In this document: one piece after another, positions 25,801 to 38,460 of the stretch | How the letters are laid out: every line of letters starts with the position of its first letter | Position numbering within the stretch: position 1 is the stretch's first letter | Source of the DNA: Lytechinus pictus | Lineage: Eukaryota | DNA length: 64,000 nt | Direction: 5' to 3' | NCBI RefSeq assembly: GCF_037042905.1 | Contig: NC_087251.1 | Coordinates: forward strand, 13,766,001-13,830,000 | Made by a program: the position numbers and the translations under genes | The notes under the pieces: model-generated | The model's database searches: none | Told to the model about the DNA's origin: nothing | Seen by the model: only the letters and a program-made list of their open reading frames with translations

Positions 25801-28054
25801 AAAATACCGCTAAAAAAGTTGAAACTTCTGTGATTTATTAAAATTATATAAAAAGGATGATGTATAATGTCTTTGACTAATCTTGAAGCGCTTCATTTTT
25901 AACGATAAAGAAACTTAAGTGTCATTCAAAATTTCAAACTGAGGGCGCAAAATAGGACAGGGCAGGGAAATGACATGAAATTTACTGAATTTTATTTAAC
26001 AAATATTGTACTTTTTTATTTGATACGACACGAATTTTATACCTTCTTTTTTTTTTGAATTAGAAACCCGTTTGCCCCAAAATTATGGTTGTTAAATAAT
26101 GAGTTGAAAAGCGGGAGAAGTTGCCCTAGTGGAGGTGACGGCAGAAATTGATATAAAGATTTGACCCGCCTGGAGTCAACCCGACCAGAAGTTTCGCGAT
26201 CAATTTGAAAAAAAAAAGACTTCATACACTTCGGCCTAACCTTACTCTAATTCCATGCCCTCATGTATACATTTGAACTTGAACTGGCAAGAAACACGTA
26301 TAGCTGAGGTGGAAAAACAGGGTTAGAGAAAGGGTGGGGGAAACAGAGGAGAACTGCAATATTGTCATTTATCCGCGCGCAGCGCGGAAGCAAAATTCAT
26401 ATATATAAATTTAGAGCAAGAGTGAAGGAGTTTCTCTTTTTGAAAAAAAAAAAAAAAGAATAAAAGGAAAAACCCACAAAGCTACCTTTCTTCCCTTTCT
26501 TCCCTTCGCTTTTCCTTTTCTCCTCTCTTTTTTTCCCTTCTTTTTTTTCTTTTTGGGGACGTTTTTGGGGGGGCGACCGCCCCCACCGCCCCCCCCTGGC
26601 TACGCGCCTGCATGAACCATCGCCTTGGCCTGAGGTACGTATACTACATACAGTACAAATACACGCTTAATCATTATTTTCTGATTTCACCTTTTCATTT
26701 GGTTTTAATATTCTCAATGTTAAATTAGTTAGTAGATCTAAATCATTATATATTATATGGCAGTGTATCCTATTGCCGGACACCTTTATTTCAGTGCTGT
26801 AAAAATGACAACTAGAGGAAATACAATCAAGAAAAATTCGCACTTGCTATTCCAAATATTATGAAAATTATTAATATGATAAAAATTATTTTATATTTAC
26901 CAACCATTTTCTTTGCATCGCACTTGCCGCATACCCCTCCACGAAAAACAATTATTTTCGTGCGCGACAAATTACATCATGATTCCGGACGCGCGCCGGA
27001 CGGGTAAAGATATCCTTGATTATAATGATGTAAGAATAAATTTCTGTGATTTATTTCTTCTTATATCATTTCATGAATAAATTCTAACTTTTTGTTTGCT
27101 TTTTTTATATCGAATTTGAGCAGATGTTGGTAATAAATTCGTGTTTGATAACTTTATTTATTTTTTATTTTTTGGTTAGCTGCATGTTTCATGGCACTTT
27201 CCAGTGCTCGTTCGTATCGTGACGCTCATCAAGTTCTATCGATGCGCAGCCGATCGTCGACGGCTCTACTCACGGTAAACCTCGCGCACGGTACCTTGAG
27301 AACTAGCCGTCGACGATCACCCACAATACACCTCACCTCATCATTCGATCGAAGGAGCCGACGAGATTGAAATTCGGCAAATCAGGCCCATATTTCCGTT
27401 AGAAAATATATAAATTCATTCAATTGTTAATGCAAAACTATGTTATATGATATTTTAAGCATTTTCTGTCATTTTAGAGATAAATAAGGAAGAAATTTGA
27501 TTTTTTCGCCTTGTTTTTGCAATCTTGTTCTATGTATTGATCTGTGAAAATGAATTGCGGAAGTCTTACGGTACGAAATTGTTTTCGAACGCATTTATAT
27601 GCGCGTCCGGAATCACAATAGTGTCCGGTAATACAATACGTGACTATACTAGGCCTAGATCTAGGTATTTGGAATTGCGATTTGTTAAGGCATCTTTTCT
27701 ACTTCCACAATTTTAAATGTAAACATAATAAAGGTCAAACTAAAGTCAATGACAAACAAAAAGGCAAAGACAAAGTTCCAATTCCAGTGCGTGTTGGGCT
27801 CATTGTTGAAGTTGACCAACACCATTCTCGACGTGTGGAACCTGCAATAAATTAACAGCTAACCTTCGCTTAGGCATCAATGCGTCATCTCGGCCTCAGG
27901 CTCAAGACTCAGACTCAGTGCAGTCACTGCAGTGGTCATGTAAGTTTCAAGAAACTAACCAAAGACATATTCAAAATTATCCGTTTGTATGCCAGCTTTC
28001 CGATCTTACCATTTTCAGCCAGCATCTTGAAATCAGCCTGAAAGAACCTGACAT
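22819..28054 (-). CDS. NDUFV3: NADH dehydrogenase [ubiquinone] flavoprotein 3 (complex I 10 kDa subunit), 99 aa
   Basis: Exons 28054-28010, 24528-24450 and 22994-22819, 300 nt in phase. N-terminal Arg/Ser-rich presequence MSGSFRLISRCWLKMMKPVSETTSLRSISVT. C-terminal YQVPEYYQYNEMSYYQMESDMRKGRLPQP matches the NDUFV3 family motif ending R(L/M)PQP. Confidence 0.85.
23050..23260. mobile_element. Small MITE
   Basis: Inverted ends CATGACATTTGCTC / GAGCATGTGTCATG, with internal CCTAA repeats. Confidence 0.5.
23410..24240. repeat. Degenerate ~140-170 bp tandem repeat (about 5 units) in NDUFV3 intron 2
   Basis: Anchor GTTATCA(G/A)CA..AGA(T/G)G recurs at ~23491, 23632, 23802, 23972 and 24205. Confidence 0.7.
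25166..26610. mobile_element. hAT-like non-autonomous element in NDUFV3 intron 1
   Basis: Perfect 8-bp TSD CATGAACC (25158-25165, 26611-26618). TIR core CGCGTAGCCAGG / CCTGGCTACGCG. Confidence 0.85.
26765..27639. mobile_element. Non-autonomous TIR element
   Basis: Imperfect TIRs GTATCCTATTGCCGGACAC / GTGTCCGGTAATACAATAC, plus an internal inverted pair GATTCCGGACGCGC / GCGCGTCCGGAATC. Confidence 0.5.
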
Positions 28055-28241
28055 GATTCTCGACAGTGTATTTGCCAAGGAGAGCGTTGAATTGGAGCTG
28101 CGACGGGTATTAGGAGTGGTACGGTGGGCCTGGGGTGCCGGCGGTCGACCGGGCCTGCCTGGTCGGCCCGCCCGGTGCGTAGCGGTACTTGGTAGCTAGC
28201 TCTATCAGCGCAGGCTTGGCTGGGCCGACCATCGACCACCG

Positions 28242-28400
28242 GGGGTGCGTTTCATGAAAGGACTTGTCGGACGTTTTATCCGACAAGTCCCATTTTATCC
28301 GACAGTTACCATAGTAACAGTACCTCTCAGCCAATCAACATCAGAGAAAGATGTCAGATCTGACAACTTGTCGGATGAAAATGTTGATGAAACACTCCCC
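28242..28400 (+). mobile_element. Harbinger-like MITE (~160 bp family)
   Basis: GGGGTGCGTTTCATGAA...TGATGAAACACTCCCC. Close copies at 31644-31802 (inverted) and 38719-38876; diverged relatives near 48135-48272 and 61483-61615. Confidence 0.8.
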
Positions 28401-28542
28401 AGGTCAGCTAAACATGCCGCGCCAGGGCAGCCCGGGCAGAAACCTGCTGCTAGCTAGCTAGCCGATCCCTGCCAGCTGGCGCGATGCTCATTTGTGCCTA
28501 ACCCAGGGAGCTCCGGCCCGCTTTGCGGGCCGAAGAGCCCAG

Positions 28543-29917
28543 GGGTGGTATTCTGGAACACTGTCAGTGTCATAAATTTTGTAATTTCTCTCAGAGATGT
28601 AACACCGCTATGTCTGAGTATGATGAGTATACTATGATCAGATGATTGTCACAAATCGGTATTCTGAACATTGTCTTTTCCCTGTCAATGTCAGTGTCAT
28701 ATCTCTTAGTTTAAGAGTCTAAGTTCCCGCCCATCTTTTCGGAAGCAAACCAATCAAAATCAACGTTAGTTCCCAGTGGGAGCCCTTCTAGCCAATAATA
28801 GGAAGGCCCCCATGGCAGGTAGGGTGTATCCCAAATACAGTTGCTGGCAACTACGCATATATTGATGCGCTGAATTACAAAGAGAGACGGGGAGCGCTGT
28901 GAAGGATTTTAGAGGCCCAGTAGAAAAAAAAGGAAAACAGAAAAAAAAAGTAGGAATTAATCTGGACTGTAGGGCCTAACTAATTGTAGCATGAGAATAT
29001 AATTTTCAAAATTGTAATGGATGATGAGTGAAACTAATACCACAATCTAATCTAAATAATATCAATATATGCTTGACATTCAGTCGGCAGGGTATCGGGA
29101 TATTTGGTACTAAAAGATATATGACCCCGGGGGGGGGGGGGGGGGGCACTCAGTATATAATGCATAGTGGGTATGTGCCGCGGAGGGGACCCCCATTTTT
29201 ACACTCAAATTTCCGTTCCAAGGCATAGCATTTTTGTCTTATTGAGAAAAAGAATAAATAAAGCCGCTCCAAAGCATAGCATTTTCTTCTTATGAAGAAA
29301 GAAATCCGCTCCAAAGCTTCGCATATTTTTTGTTACGCCGTTCCGGTAGCATTGATCTGCTACAAGGAGCTGCAATTTTGGTGAAAAGCGGTGGCAGAGC
29401 GCTGTCCGACCATCGCCTCTGCGCGAGCGCACCCGGCGGAGGCTGCGCTATATAGCTGCATCATGCACGCATGCCCGTTCCATAGGGTTGCATACGCACT
29501 CACACGCTGGCGATCCGTTCCAAGGACCCCCGTTTTCACAAACATTTGTAGTTCCGAAGCCCGTACCGAAGACCCTCCTTTTTACAATAAGCCCGCTCCA
29601 ATTAGGCCCCCGTTTTTTGTCTCGCCCGCGGCACACCCCTACCACTTTTTTGGTCGAGTGCCCCCCCCCCCCCCCCGCGTATATGACAAAATTTATGACT
29701 GCTACCCCCCTGTCATAACTTTTGTCATATCTCTTGCTTGTAAAAAAGGATTACGCGGATTTAAAATCTGCATATTTTTGGTGCGCGCTAATGAGAAGAG
29801 ACAAAAGTTATGACAATTTTTGTGACAAAAGTTATGACATCCACCAGAATACCGATTTCGTCATATCTCTGAGAAAAGATAAAATATGGAGAAAAGACAA
29901 TGCTCAGAATACCGCCC
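28543..29917. mobile_element. Harbinger-like non-autonomous element
   Basis: TIR GGGTGGTATTCTG / CAGAATACCGCCC with a 3-bp CAG TSD (28540-28542, 29918-29920). A related end lies at 31629-31641. Confidence 0.85.
29126..29679. mobile_element. CCCGGG-polyG-terminal element with 8-bp TSD
   Basis: TSD TATATGAC at 29118-29125 and 29680-29687. TIR CCCGG(G)nCACTC / GAGTG(C)nGCG. Confidence 0.85.
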
Positions 29918-32129
29918 CAGGAGTCGTCCGTGTAATACTAGTCAAACATTTAGCTCTCCAAAATGGGGTCGGAATAGCACTTCAAATAAAAGGGGAAAAA
30001 ATAGATTATGCACTTACCTCGATTATAATTTATATGGATGAAGGTCTATCCTAGCTGACACAGCTATCCTTACATCGAGGCACAAACTGGACCCTCAAAA
30101 AAAGGAAAAGTTCTGTCTCGTTCGTTTTCCTTCTGTCAAAATTAAAAACAAAATGGGCGATCGATACCAAAACGAACGGGACATAGACATCTAACTTTTC
30201 CTTTTTTTGAGGGTCCAGTTTGTGCCTCGATGTCCGGATAGCTGTGTCACGATAGACCTTCATCCTCATAATACTAGAGGTAAGTGCATAATTTATTTTT
30301 TCCCCTTTTATTTGAAGTGCTATTCCGACCCCATTCTACCCCATTTTGGAGAGTATATGTTTGACTATAGTATTACATGGACAACTCCTGGGCTACGGCC
30401 TGCTTCGCGGGCCGGAGCTCCCTGGGTTAATTCATAGTCATAGTCCATTTATTTGAAGAGTCTGCTTGTCCAGACTTCCATATGTCCTCTACTAATATTT
30501 AAAAAAGAAGAAGATGTATCGATCTCTAGCCCTAGGCATTATTGATTGGGGATAAAACCAAAGTCTGCAAAGAAAGTATGCAACATTGATCGACTATTCG
30601 TGTTAGCCGATCTCATCTCTAATACTCTGGCTATGGGATGGTAAAATACCCTCTCTCCGAATTGGTATTCTGTGAATAATTTTATCTCCATGTTTGATGT
30701 TTCCTGAAAGAAGAGCCAGTCAATATTATTATTATTACCTAAGACTGTACAATGTGTAATTCAAGCTACTATTTGGAACAATAATATGCCTGTTTGCTCA
30801 TCACTACTTCTGATTTCAGGTTCTTCACGACCTTGGCGAAGTAACCCTTAATAAGCAATTGTGACGTAATACCTTGCAACGGCTACGCGCATCATGCATG
30901 GCACGCACATACATTCAAGGCATGCATAGAAATCTTGCGCTTGGTTTAGGTCTGTGTATGCACTGGCCATGCGCCACGCCGCGCATTATCTTCAATGCAT
31001 GGGTTCATAAACTGGTTCCAGCCAGATTTCTGAAATACTGAAATTAGCGATCGAAATCGGCACCTAATGCGCAAGCGCACTAGCAGAAATTTAGCCAATA
31101 TTGCCCTCTATTTTGTACAGGATTTCTTTTGGCAAAGCCCGGGGAGGGCAACATGGCAATGAATGTTTACCTCGTTGGTCTCGGATTGAAAGTAGCGAGC
31201 GAAATATGACTTATATTTATCTCCTTAAGTGCTTTGTATAGGTAATAATAGTCAAGAAAAGTCTTATGAAATAATTCTTGATTGTACAGGAATAACGTTA
31301 AGGCGTTATTCTCAGTATCATTTTTCTTCATTTCATGTCAACATTTGGAGTTAATTCACCTAACTGTTATATTGATGAAATCAACGTCACAGAGATAAAA
31401 TAGCCCCTAAGTTTATTTTATTTTTTCTTCAAAGTAACATGGGCGCAAGCACATCATCCACTTTGCAATGGTAAAAAACACGATTGGTAAGTCTACGCAG
31501 GCATTGCTCTGTCACATATCCGATAGATACGCAAGATATAATGTTTAATTTTATCTGAGAGATGAAATGTCATCTCAGAATACCAATTTCATTTTAAGAG
31601 ATAAAATATTTCAAAGATAAAATGACCTCAGAATACCGCCCATGGGGAGCATTTAATCTACATTTTAGTCCGACAAGGTGTCAGATCTGATAACTTTCCT
31701 TGATTTTGATTGGGCTCATAAGCACAGTTTCTATGGTAATTGTCGGATAAAACAGAACTTGTCGGATAAAACGTCTGACAAGTCCTTTCATGAAACGCTC
31801 CCTTGGGGGCCGTTTCATAAAGCTGTTCATAAGTTAAGGCGACTTTAAGAACGACGCTAAACTATCGCCAATGAACATTTTGGTACATACCATTTACCAC
31901 AAGAAATGATCACCAGTCGTTCTTAAAAGGCCAACATCATCAGCCACACCAGCTTCCAGTTCCAGCTAGAAGCCAGACACTGCAGATAAATATTTTCTAT
32001 TTTGTTTTGTCTAACCATCTGACATTTTATCTAGATTATCATAAATATTGATAGCAATGTTTATAACATTTAGACAGCTCATTCCAGTGTCTCAGTACGG
32101 TATGGTGAATACCAACTGGCCTTGTCAGC

Positions 32130-32364
32130 CTGGGCGGATCCAGGATTTTCCAAAAGGGGGGGGGGTGGCACATTTCCCTGGCCAAGGAAAAAATTTTACC
32201 CAAGAAAAAAAAAAAGGTCTTCACTTTCAAAGGGGGGGGGGGGGGGTGGGGGGGGGGAGGCATACTTGTGTTTTAAGTGCATTTTTACATTACAAATTTT
32301 GATTGTGCCTCTCAAAAGGGGAGCATGGGCCGGCTGTGCCCCCCCCCCCCTGGATCCGCCAGTG
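32130..32364. mobile_element. Short hAT-like MITE
   Basis: GGCGGATCCAGG / CCTGGATCCGCC inverted ends with G/C homopolymer runs. TSD is unclear. Confidence 0.65.
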
Positions 32365-32969
32365 GGCCATATATTACCAAACGTGCACATATCATACGTG
32401 TCAAAAGCTTCATATGCTTAGAAGTTTTCAACATCCTTCCTAATTTAATAAGGGAATTTAACTTTTACATTATTATTTTTAAATTTTAATAATTTATGAA
32501 AAGTGTTTGCAATGCAATCCCCTAGCATTAATTACCGATACAGTTAGCAAACTTTTTTGTCATCAGGCAGGGCCCTGTCTAGTCTGCAGGCACAGACCCT
32601 TATTGGAACTTTGATCAACAAGTATGCCTCCACACAAAGACTAGCACATAAAAAACTTGCTGTTCAAGGCATGAGTAGGCTGCAAATCAGACCCTTTACT
32701 CGAGTTAAGGGTTTGCACAGCAGACTAGGCCCTGCCCACGGAGGATTATTCTATTTGTACTGGGGTGCATGTTGAGTATCGTCACAGCACCCCATTAGCA
32801 ATAGATAATTCTCAGTGGCCAGGTGCATGACATCAGGCCATACTAGTCACAACCTATGATGTATGATAAAAAGCCATAACAAAATATGATTAATACCTGG
32901 CGATGAATCCCCATTCTTTCCTATTTTTTTTCTTTGTGCAGTTTGTAGCCAGAGACAACGTCCTTTGAA

Positions 32970-35900
32970 ATGATGCCTATACTTCCAACATCAGTGAAAT
33001 ATTTACCACGATTGTGTAAAGAGAATGCACCCAGACACTTCCCTTGGCCAAGGCTTTCCAGAATTATTTTGAGAAACTTTGCAAGCAACTTTTGGCATCG
33101 ATCTCATCATGAACATGTTTTTAGTTGTGACCAAATTACATTGTGTAGGAATCCAGGCAGGATTAATTCTACTTCAGAAGGAATTTCATATTCCAACACA
33201 CCACGATGTGTGTCTTTTACAAGGAACATCCAGACTTGTAAACGTCATCACTTTCGCTTCATTCCCGAGTGTAGGACATCTTCAAGGGATAAGATAATCA
33301 GAGAGTCTAAAGAAAAGGGAGATTTTAGAGATAATCTTGATGCCTTGGTAGCTGAATCTATCAAAGAAGAAGATATGGGACCAAAGAACAATGATGAGGT
33401 GGATGATGAGGATGAGATATTTATCAGCCACTCAGGAAAGATGCTAATGTTTCCATGGCGACTGGTGAATACAAGTAGAGAAGGATGGTCAGATGGAGAG
33501 AGGAAGGACAGGAGAGAAGGTAAAACCCCATATCCATCAGGTCACTGAAGTCAAAATTCTCTAAAATCTATTTTGGAATATAAAGATTTTAGAAAACTTC
33601 TTCAGAACTTTGAATTAGTCAAATAAAACGGTGCACAGAAGACCTCATTCCCCCCCCCCCATTGACACATACTCGCACATACCCTTAAATAAACAGTGAT
33701 AATGCGAGGCTTTTACAAATCTTGGGAGAAGGAGGGTTATGAAATATTAAATGCTAGGAATGTTTCATAACCAAAAAATGAAAATTGCCATCACTTAAGA
33801 TTTGGCTATACAGTAGTTGTCATTTATTCTATTGTAAGTTTAGTTTAATGACAAGGTCATACCTGCCATTTTGAATGTTCCACATCAGATTTTTCATCAT
33901 ATAGCAGTCGGTCCGCAAGCCCCTGTGTTAATGAGCAAATGAGCAAGATTTATCCAAGTCCCCTCGTGGCTGAATTCATGTCCCTGCAAAATCTCGTGAA
34001 TTGTGAGACTTTCTTTCTCAAAGAATTTAACCACTTTCTCCTTGAGTAATATTGATTATTTTTGTACCATGGGCAAGAGTAAATGTTACTCTTTTATATT
34101 GGTCATTTCTTTTGAATGAAATATTTTGATAAATAAGTGAATTTTTTACCTGAAAAGATGCATCAACCAGAATTTTCTTCCTCTGTTTTCACTTGCAAAT
34201 TGTGCAACATTTTGTGTTTTAGGCACCAACATTATTTATATCATCAGAAAGCTCAAACTCTACTTTCTTACAATGTCACTCTTGATATGTGGCATCTTTT
34301 AGATGGGTCAGCAGCCAGCTTTTTCCATCAAGATGCAAGACGAGATTTCTGAAATTTCTGAGTAACATAAAATCCAGAGTTCTGATTGGCTGAATACTGT
34401 TTTCAAAACAAACAGACGCAGGTAATTTGAAGAGATTACCACATGATGGTGAGTGTGACCTTGCAGAGGCCCAGTGTGGGAACATTGGAATTTGCGTGGG
34501 TGTGTGGTCTCTATGACCAATCAGAGCGCAGTATTCTTGTTTTTGAGCTGCAAAATGTACTTGGCCTATGAAAAGCTGGCTGCTGACCCATCTAAAATAC
34601 ATCTTCTTATAAAAATTATATCATATTAAAGCTTAGATCTTCAGCTTTATCATGATCTAAAAATCATTTGTGCCAAAACAGAAATTTAGTGTGAAAACAA
34701 CAACTTTTTTTGCATGAAAAAAAATATTTTGTTTCATGTTTTAGATCAAAAGTTTTTCCTATATTACAACATTCTTTTAAAAATCCAAACACATGACCTG
34801 AAAGAATGATTCTTCTTCTTTACAAAGATACAAAAAACATGAAATTTAGAGCAGCAATGGCCTAATAAAAAGAGGTGTTTTGGTTCGCACCAAGCTCATT
34901 AACTATGCAAAAACCCTCTAGTCATGAATATCACTTGGATAAAAGAAGCTACTTTTTCAGGGCTTGCGGACTGACTGATAGGTACCTTTAATTTAAGTTT
35001 TTTTTTTATAAATGATCATAAAGAAATAAATCTAATGTCTTCATTTTGTCTTTAGATAAAACCAAGTATCCCTCTGTGACTGGTATACTGCAAAAGACGA
35101 TGTCTCCTGACAGTGCAGTAGCTCTTCTAAGGTGGGAAAGATTCATGATAAAAAAGATGGGATTACCTGCTTTTCTGAAGTATAAGAAAGGTAAAAATTG
35201 GCAATGAGTTTATGTTCTTCTTCTGGTAGTGGCCCTGCTTCACTCCATCCTATCCCATCCTTTTCCCTTAAGATTGATCTCAATTTGTATTATTTTCAAA
35301 TTTAAGCAGAAAGATTAATATATCAGTGACGACTGGACAAAAATCTCACATATGATATCAAAGATATAGGGCAGCAACTCAGAATTCATATGAACTTTCA
35401 TATTAAACATACTAGTGGGCAACTAGAGCATGTTTCAAAAGGCTAGCAATGACAAGTTTTCATTATTCTAAATCTGTTTTTTTTCCACTTGTAGTAACAG
35501 TTAGTGACCAATTCTCAGTTAATCAAAAGCAAAGATCTCACTGAGATCTTCAGTGCTGACAAATGGTCCCCATATCTGTAATCAGGCCTCGGGTATTTGT
35601 TAACAGCAAGATGTTTGCTATATAATTGGTGCGAAAGATATATCACATACGAACGTACGCTACTTGGTTCCCTATATTCTTAGATTAATTTATTGAAATT
35701 GTGACATAACATAACATGAAAAATGGAACCGGTTTGTTTTTTTACGTTTGAATTATTTATGATCTTTTGTATCTGACAGAGATGTTCAGTGAGGGACATC
35801 AACTCCATGCAAACATTGGACATGTCATACTCAACAATCCTGAAAAGGTAGCCATTGACAAGAATATTGAAGGTGAGTGTTTTTATTGGCTTGCATATTT

Positions 35901-38134
35901 CACCATAGTATGATATATCATACAACTCAAGAATATTTTTTTTAATCTCAGAATTCCACAACAGTCTAGTGAAAGTGTTTAAAGTAGTGGAAGTGCAATA
36001 ATACTATGAAAATGATAACAGGGTTTTAGAATTCAAGGAAAATTATTAGCAATTTTCATGTAAGATTCTAGATAAGATTGTTTGTTACAAGATCCTCAAA
36101 TTAAAAAATTTGATTGTTACCCAATATAAACTCAAAATCAAATAGAGGACTGAAGTGATGACGTCACAATTTTTTTTAAATTTCAGATATGACCTCATAA
36201 AGACATAATTAGCCCCATGAAAGTCAATATATTATTGGCCTTGTTCATAACCGTTAGAACCAAGCCAATAATACATCGATGACTTCACACTTTGGTACTC
36301 TGATTCATACTGATGTTTTAAAAATAACTCCAGATTAAAAGAATATTTTCTCTTTGTAATTTAAGTTTGTGATTTTATATTATTAGCCTACATTCTTGTA
36401 GATTTCAAGCTTTTTGATTCACCAAAAAGCATGTCTACTGGATTTTTGTAAAAAAATTATTCATTTGATTTTTTTCTTTTGTTCCCTTCCCCCTCCCTGC
36501 CCATTTTTTCCTCTTTTCCCTGCATCCTCGACATCTCCATCTTCCTCATTTCTCCAATATGCTACCTAGGCTTCTGGAATAGCATCAAGGAGCGACTTCC
36601 AGAGCTTGTCTCAGACTCTCCCATCATAGAATGTCACACCAAGCACCCGTATCTTGGTTACCACGGTTACGCTGACTGCATCACAGAGTACAGGTGAGAT
36701 ATGTTTGTAGGGGACCACTTTGAGTGTCATGGGGTAGTGGTACCGACTCTCTTCTATCAGAGTCGTGTATTTGCCACCCACTGTGGTATTACACTGTGCC
36801 ATTGCAAGAATCCTATCATCAATGGAGGTTTTTTTTTGGTGCAACGGGCCTTGCATAGCCAATATTTTCTCTTTGGTAGAGAGAATTGTACTTTTATTTG
36901 ACTCAACACTCTACCCAGTTTCTGCTAGTTTACTAATATGCTTTTCACACTGCATTTCCTTAAGCCCATACTATCCTTAACCCCGGACTATCCTTAACCC
37001 CATGCTATATTTTTTTCGATTCACACTGTCTTTCTTAACCCCGGGCAATCACACAGCTCATAAATATTGATGATTTTACCATACAGAGCGCGATTAACGT
37101 GCAATTTCAACTTCTGTGATTGGCTTATGCTTAGCCCTGTTACGTTTCACACTGCATCTCTTAGCACCGCAATTGTGGTGCTAGCACCACAATAAGCCGG
37201 CTAACCCTGCTTTTTTGCAGGGCCAGATAGTACCGTACTATTTACCGTGCTAGCCCACTTTGCTAAAACGTAGTGTGAAAACGAAGTGGGCTAAGCTTAA
37301 CCCCGGGAAATTGGTGGGGCTAAGACCCCCCCTTAGCCCCACCAATTTAGGACAAAAAGTGCAGTGTGAAAAGCATACGAGTCATTCTCTCTTTTTTTTT
37401 CAGAGGGAAGCCTTGTCTTGTCGAATTCAAGACATCTAGGAAGCCTAAGAAGAGTCTAGCCAAGTGCTTTGATAGCCCCGTACAGGTTGCAGCCTACCTC
37501 GGAGCATTCAACTTTGACTCACATCATCAGTTTCAGGTATTGTCCATGTTTAAAACTATATCTGATTACTAAAGATCACAAAAACAACAGAGTACACCAA
37601 TGTGAGTGAATGTGTGTTAGAGGTTTACATTCATATGGTCTCTATCACTCTCTTATTTTTTGTAGTGAAAGAGTCTTGCTGACAAAAAGTGCATGTACAC
37701 TTTAACCAAGCAACTTTCCAAGAGAAGCAATTGGCACTTTTCCTTTGTTTACTTTGTCTTTATCTTCTTTCATTTATTTGCTCTTAATAAGTGTGAGCCA
37801 AAAAGTTTACTGTGTACATCAAAAGGTGTTTTGTCAGGGTTTATTACTTCAAGAATTCATTATCAATTGTATTTTTGTATGGATGTAGTTTACAATAAAG
37901 CAGAACCCTCCCTTTCAGATTTGACTAGTTAGAAGACAGAAATCAAATCAAATGTTTTGTTTGTTCATGGCACAGATAAATCAAGCGCTTCTGGTGATAA
38001 CCTACAAAGATGGCTCTCCAGCCGACCTCCATGTCATGACCTCTGACCTCTGTGACCTTTACTGGAAGAAATGGTTGAGGAGACTTCAGGAATACAGGGA
38101 AATAGAAAGCAGACAAACAGCTGCCGAACATTAG
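32970..38134 (+). CDS. MGME1: Mitochondrial genome maintenance exonuclease 1, ~397 aa
   Basis: Exons: 32970-33519 (acceptor at 32942), 35056-35190, 35780-35872, 36570-36693, 37404-37536, 37976-38134. 1194 nt in phase. Motifs YPSVTGILQKTM..LLRWE, GHQLH, HPYLGYHGYADC, LVEFKTSRKPK and FDSPVQVAAYLGA identify a PD-(D/E)xK nuclease. Basic N-terminal presequence. Confidence 0.9.
33905..34977. mobile_element. Non-autonomous TIR element in MGME1 intron
   Basis: TIR CAGTCGGTCCGCAAGCCC / GGGCTTGCGGACTGACTG. ATAG directly repeated on both flanks. Confidence 0.75.
36937..37377. mobile_element. MITE in MGME1 intron
   Basis: TIR TATGCTTTTCACACTGCA / TGCAGTGTGAAAAGCATA, with internal CTTAACCCC/CTTAGCCCC repeats. 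Confidence 0.75.
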
Positions 38135-38460
38135 ATTGGTATTCTGATTGGAATGCAATTCTATTTGAACATTCATCATTAACTGGGTACGGTGACTTCT
38201 ATTTGAACATCATCATTAACTGGGCATGGTGACTCAGGGGTAGAGCGCTCATCCAGAGATTGTGGGAAGGTTCCATCCTCCACCATGCATGTCATATCAA
38301 AGATAATGTGACTTTCTGCCTTCTAACTAGGTGCTTACATGTAGATTGGATAAAGGGTAATAATAATGTCATGCAGGTATAAGTTTAATTACTGAAGTGG
38401 CTATAATACCCTGGTGACATAAAATATATTATGCTTGGACAAGGTGCCATACCATCATGT

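Larger units (their letters stand above)
28501..30427. mobile_element. Foldback (palindromic) element interrupted by nested insertions
   Basis: The left arm (28501-28542 joined to 29921-~30125) is the reverse complement of the right arm (~30170-30427). TA on both flanks. Confidence 0.85.

Noticed and set aside
29028..30437. Cluster of 60-140 aa ORFs
   Set aside because: All lie within nested non-autonomous transposons and homopolymer runs; no protein motifs.
38160..38234. 37-bp tandem duplication after the MGME1 stop
   Set aside because: Ordinary local duplication with no evident function.
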